Shown here piece by piece: positions 63,661 through 64,000 of a stretch of 64,000 nt of DNA. Positions within the stretch are counted from its first letter, which is position 1; every line of letters begins with the position of its first letter. The DNA comes from a virus. Under the pieces are notes generated by a model that did not search any database, was not told where the DNA came from, and saw only the letters and a list, made by a program, of their open reading frames with translations. The stretch is from IMG/VR virus record IMGVR_UViG_3300015371_000006, positions 32,001 through 96,000 of that record. One strand, 5' to 3'. Both the position numbers and the translations under genes were made by a program.

Positions 63661-64000
63661 ATGGCGACGTTCTCGGCCCAGCGCTCGGTCACCACAGCGG
63701 CCACCTTGCTGTCCGACGATCCCGACGCGCTCGCCGAGGCCGATGTCGTGCTGCGCAACACCGACGGGGCTGCCTCAGTGTTCATCGGCGGTCCGACGAT
63801 CACCGACTCCGACGGCGTCGATGAGGTGCAGGTCGTCACGATCAGCGGCGCGCCGACGGGCGGCAGCTTCAAGCTCACCTTCCAGGGCCAGCAGACGGCG
63901 ACCATCGCCTACAACGCAGCGGCGGCCACGGTCGAGTCGGCGCTGGAGGCGCTGTCGAACCTTGCGCCCGCCGACGTCGCGGTCGCCGGGTCTGCCGGTG
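63661..64000 (+). CDS. virion structural protein, N-terminal part (runs off window)
   Basis: Manual translation includes EVQVVTISGAPTGGSFKLTFQGQQTATIAYNAAAATVESALEAL, a domain typical of actinophage structural/minor tail proteins. Confidence 0.7.
   Translation, partial: MATFSAQRSVTTAATLLSDDPDALAEADVVLRNTDGAASVFIGGPTITDSDGVDEVQVVTISGAPTGGSFKLTFQGQQTATIAYNAAAATVESALEALSNLAPADVAVAGSAG

Noticed and set aside
1-64000. Integrase, att sites, major capsid, tape measure, host genes
   Set aside because: None recognised, so prophage status and genome ends cannot be determined from this window.

Overview
High-GC fragment of a tailed bacteriophage (or prophage) genome. The host is most likely an actinobacterium: there is an actinobacterial-type mIHF, DUF3152 and DUF2510 proteins, and an SSB/mIHF style suggestive of Thermoleophilia (inference). 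Most genes are on the minus strand. Recognisable genes: partial ATP-dependent DNA ligase, Ku, SSB, a LamG/repeat-rich tail-fibre-like cluster, GpA-type large terminase, portal, tRNA-fMet, beta-class DNA methyltransferase, HNH proteins, HIT, GH26, a polysaccharide-lyase-like protein, DUF932, DUF6011 and HARE-HTH. No major capsid, tape measure, integrase or CRISPR array is visible. The most striking content is three giant, probably head-associated, multidomain proteins. (1) A MuF-fused 2387-aa protein carries zincin, RyR, GNAT, ADP-ribosyltransferase, zeta-toxin kinase, HipA/PI-kinase-like and degenerate ART domains. (2) A ~2500-aa peptidoglycan-binding protein is built from many small modules. 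(3) A ~1620-aa protein has an ART domain plus beta-barrel repeats. In the first two, modules are delimited by 19 copies of a GQxSP motif (one is YQASP), suggesting a processed effector polyprotein system. A hidden 44-codon out-of-frame acidic ORF with its own -10 element is nested immediately after the zeta-toxin domain and is a candidate nested antitoxin. Two classes of gene start coexist: a repeated TGCTA-N7-TAGCA promoter/operator followed by a CCGACCAAGGAGG leader, and many apparently leaderless genes.
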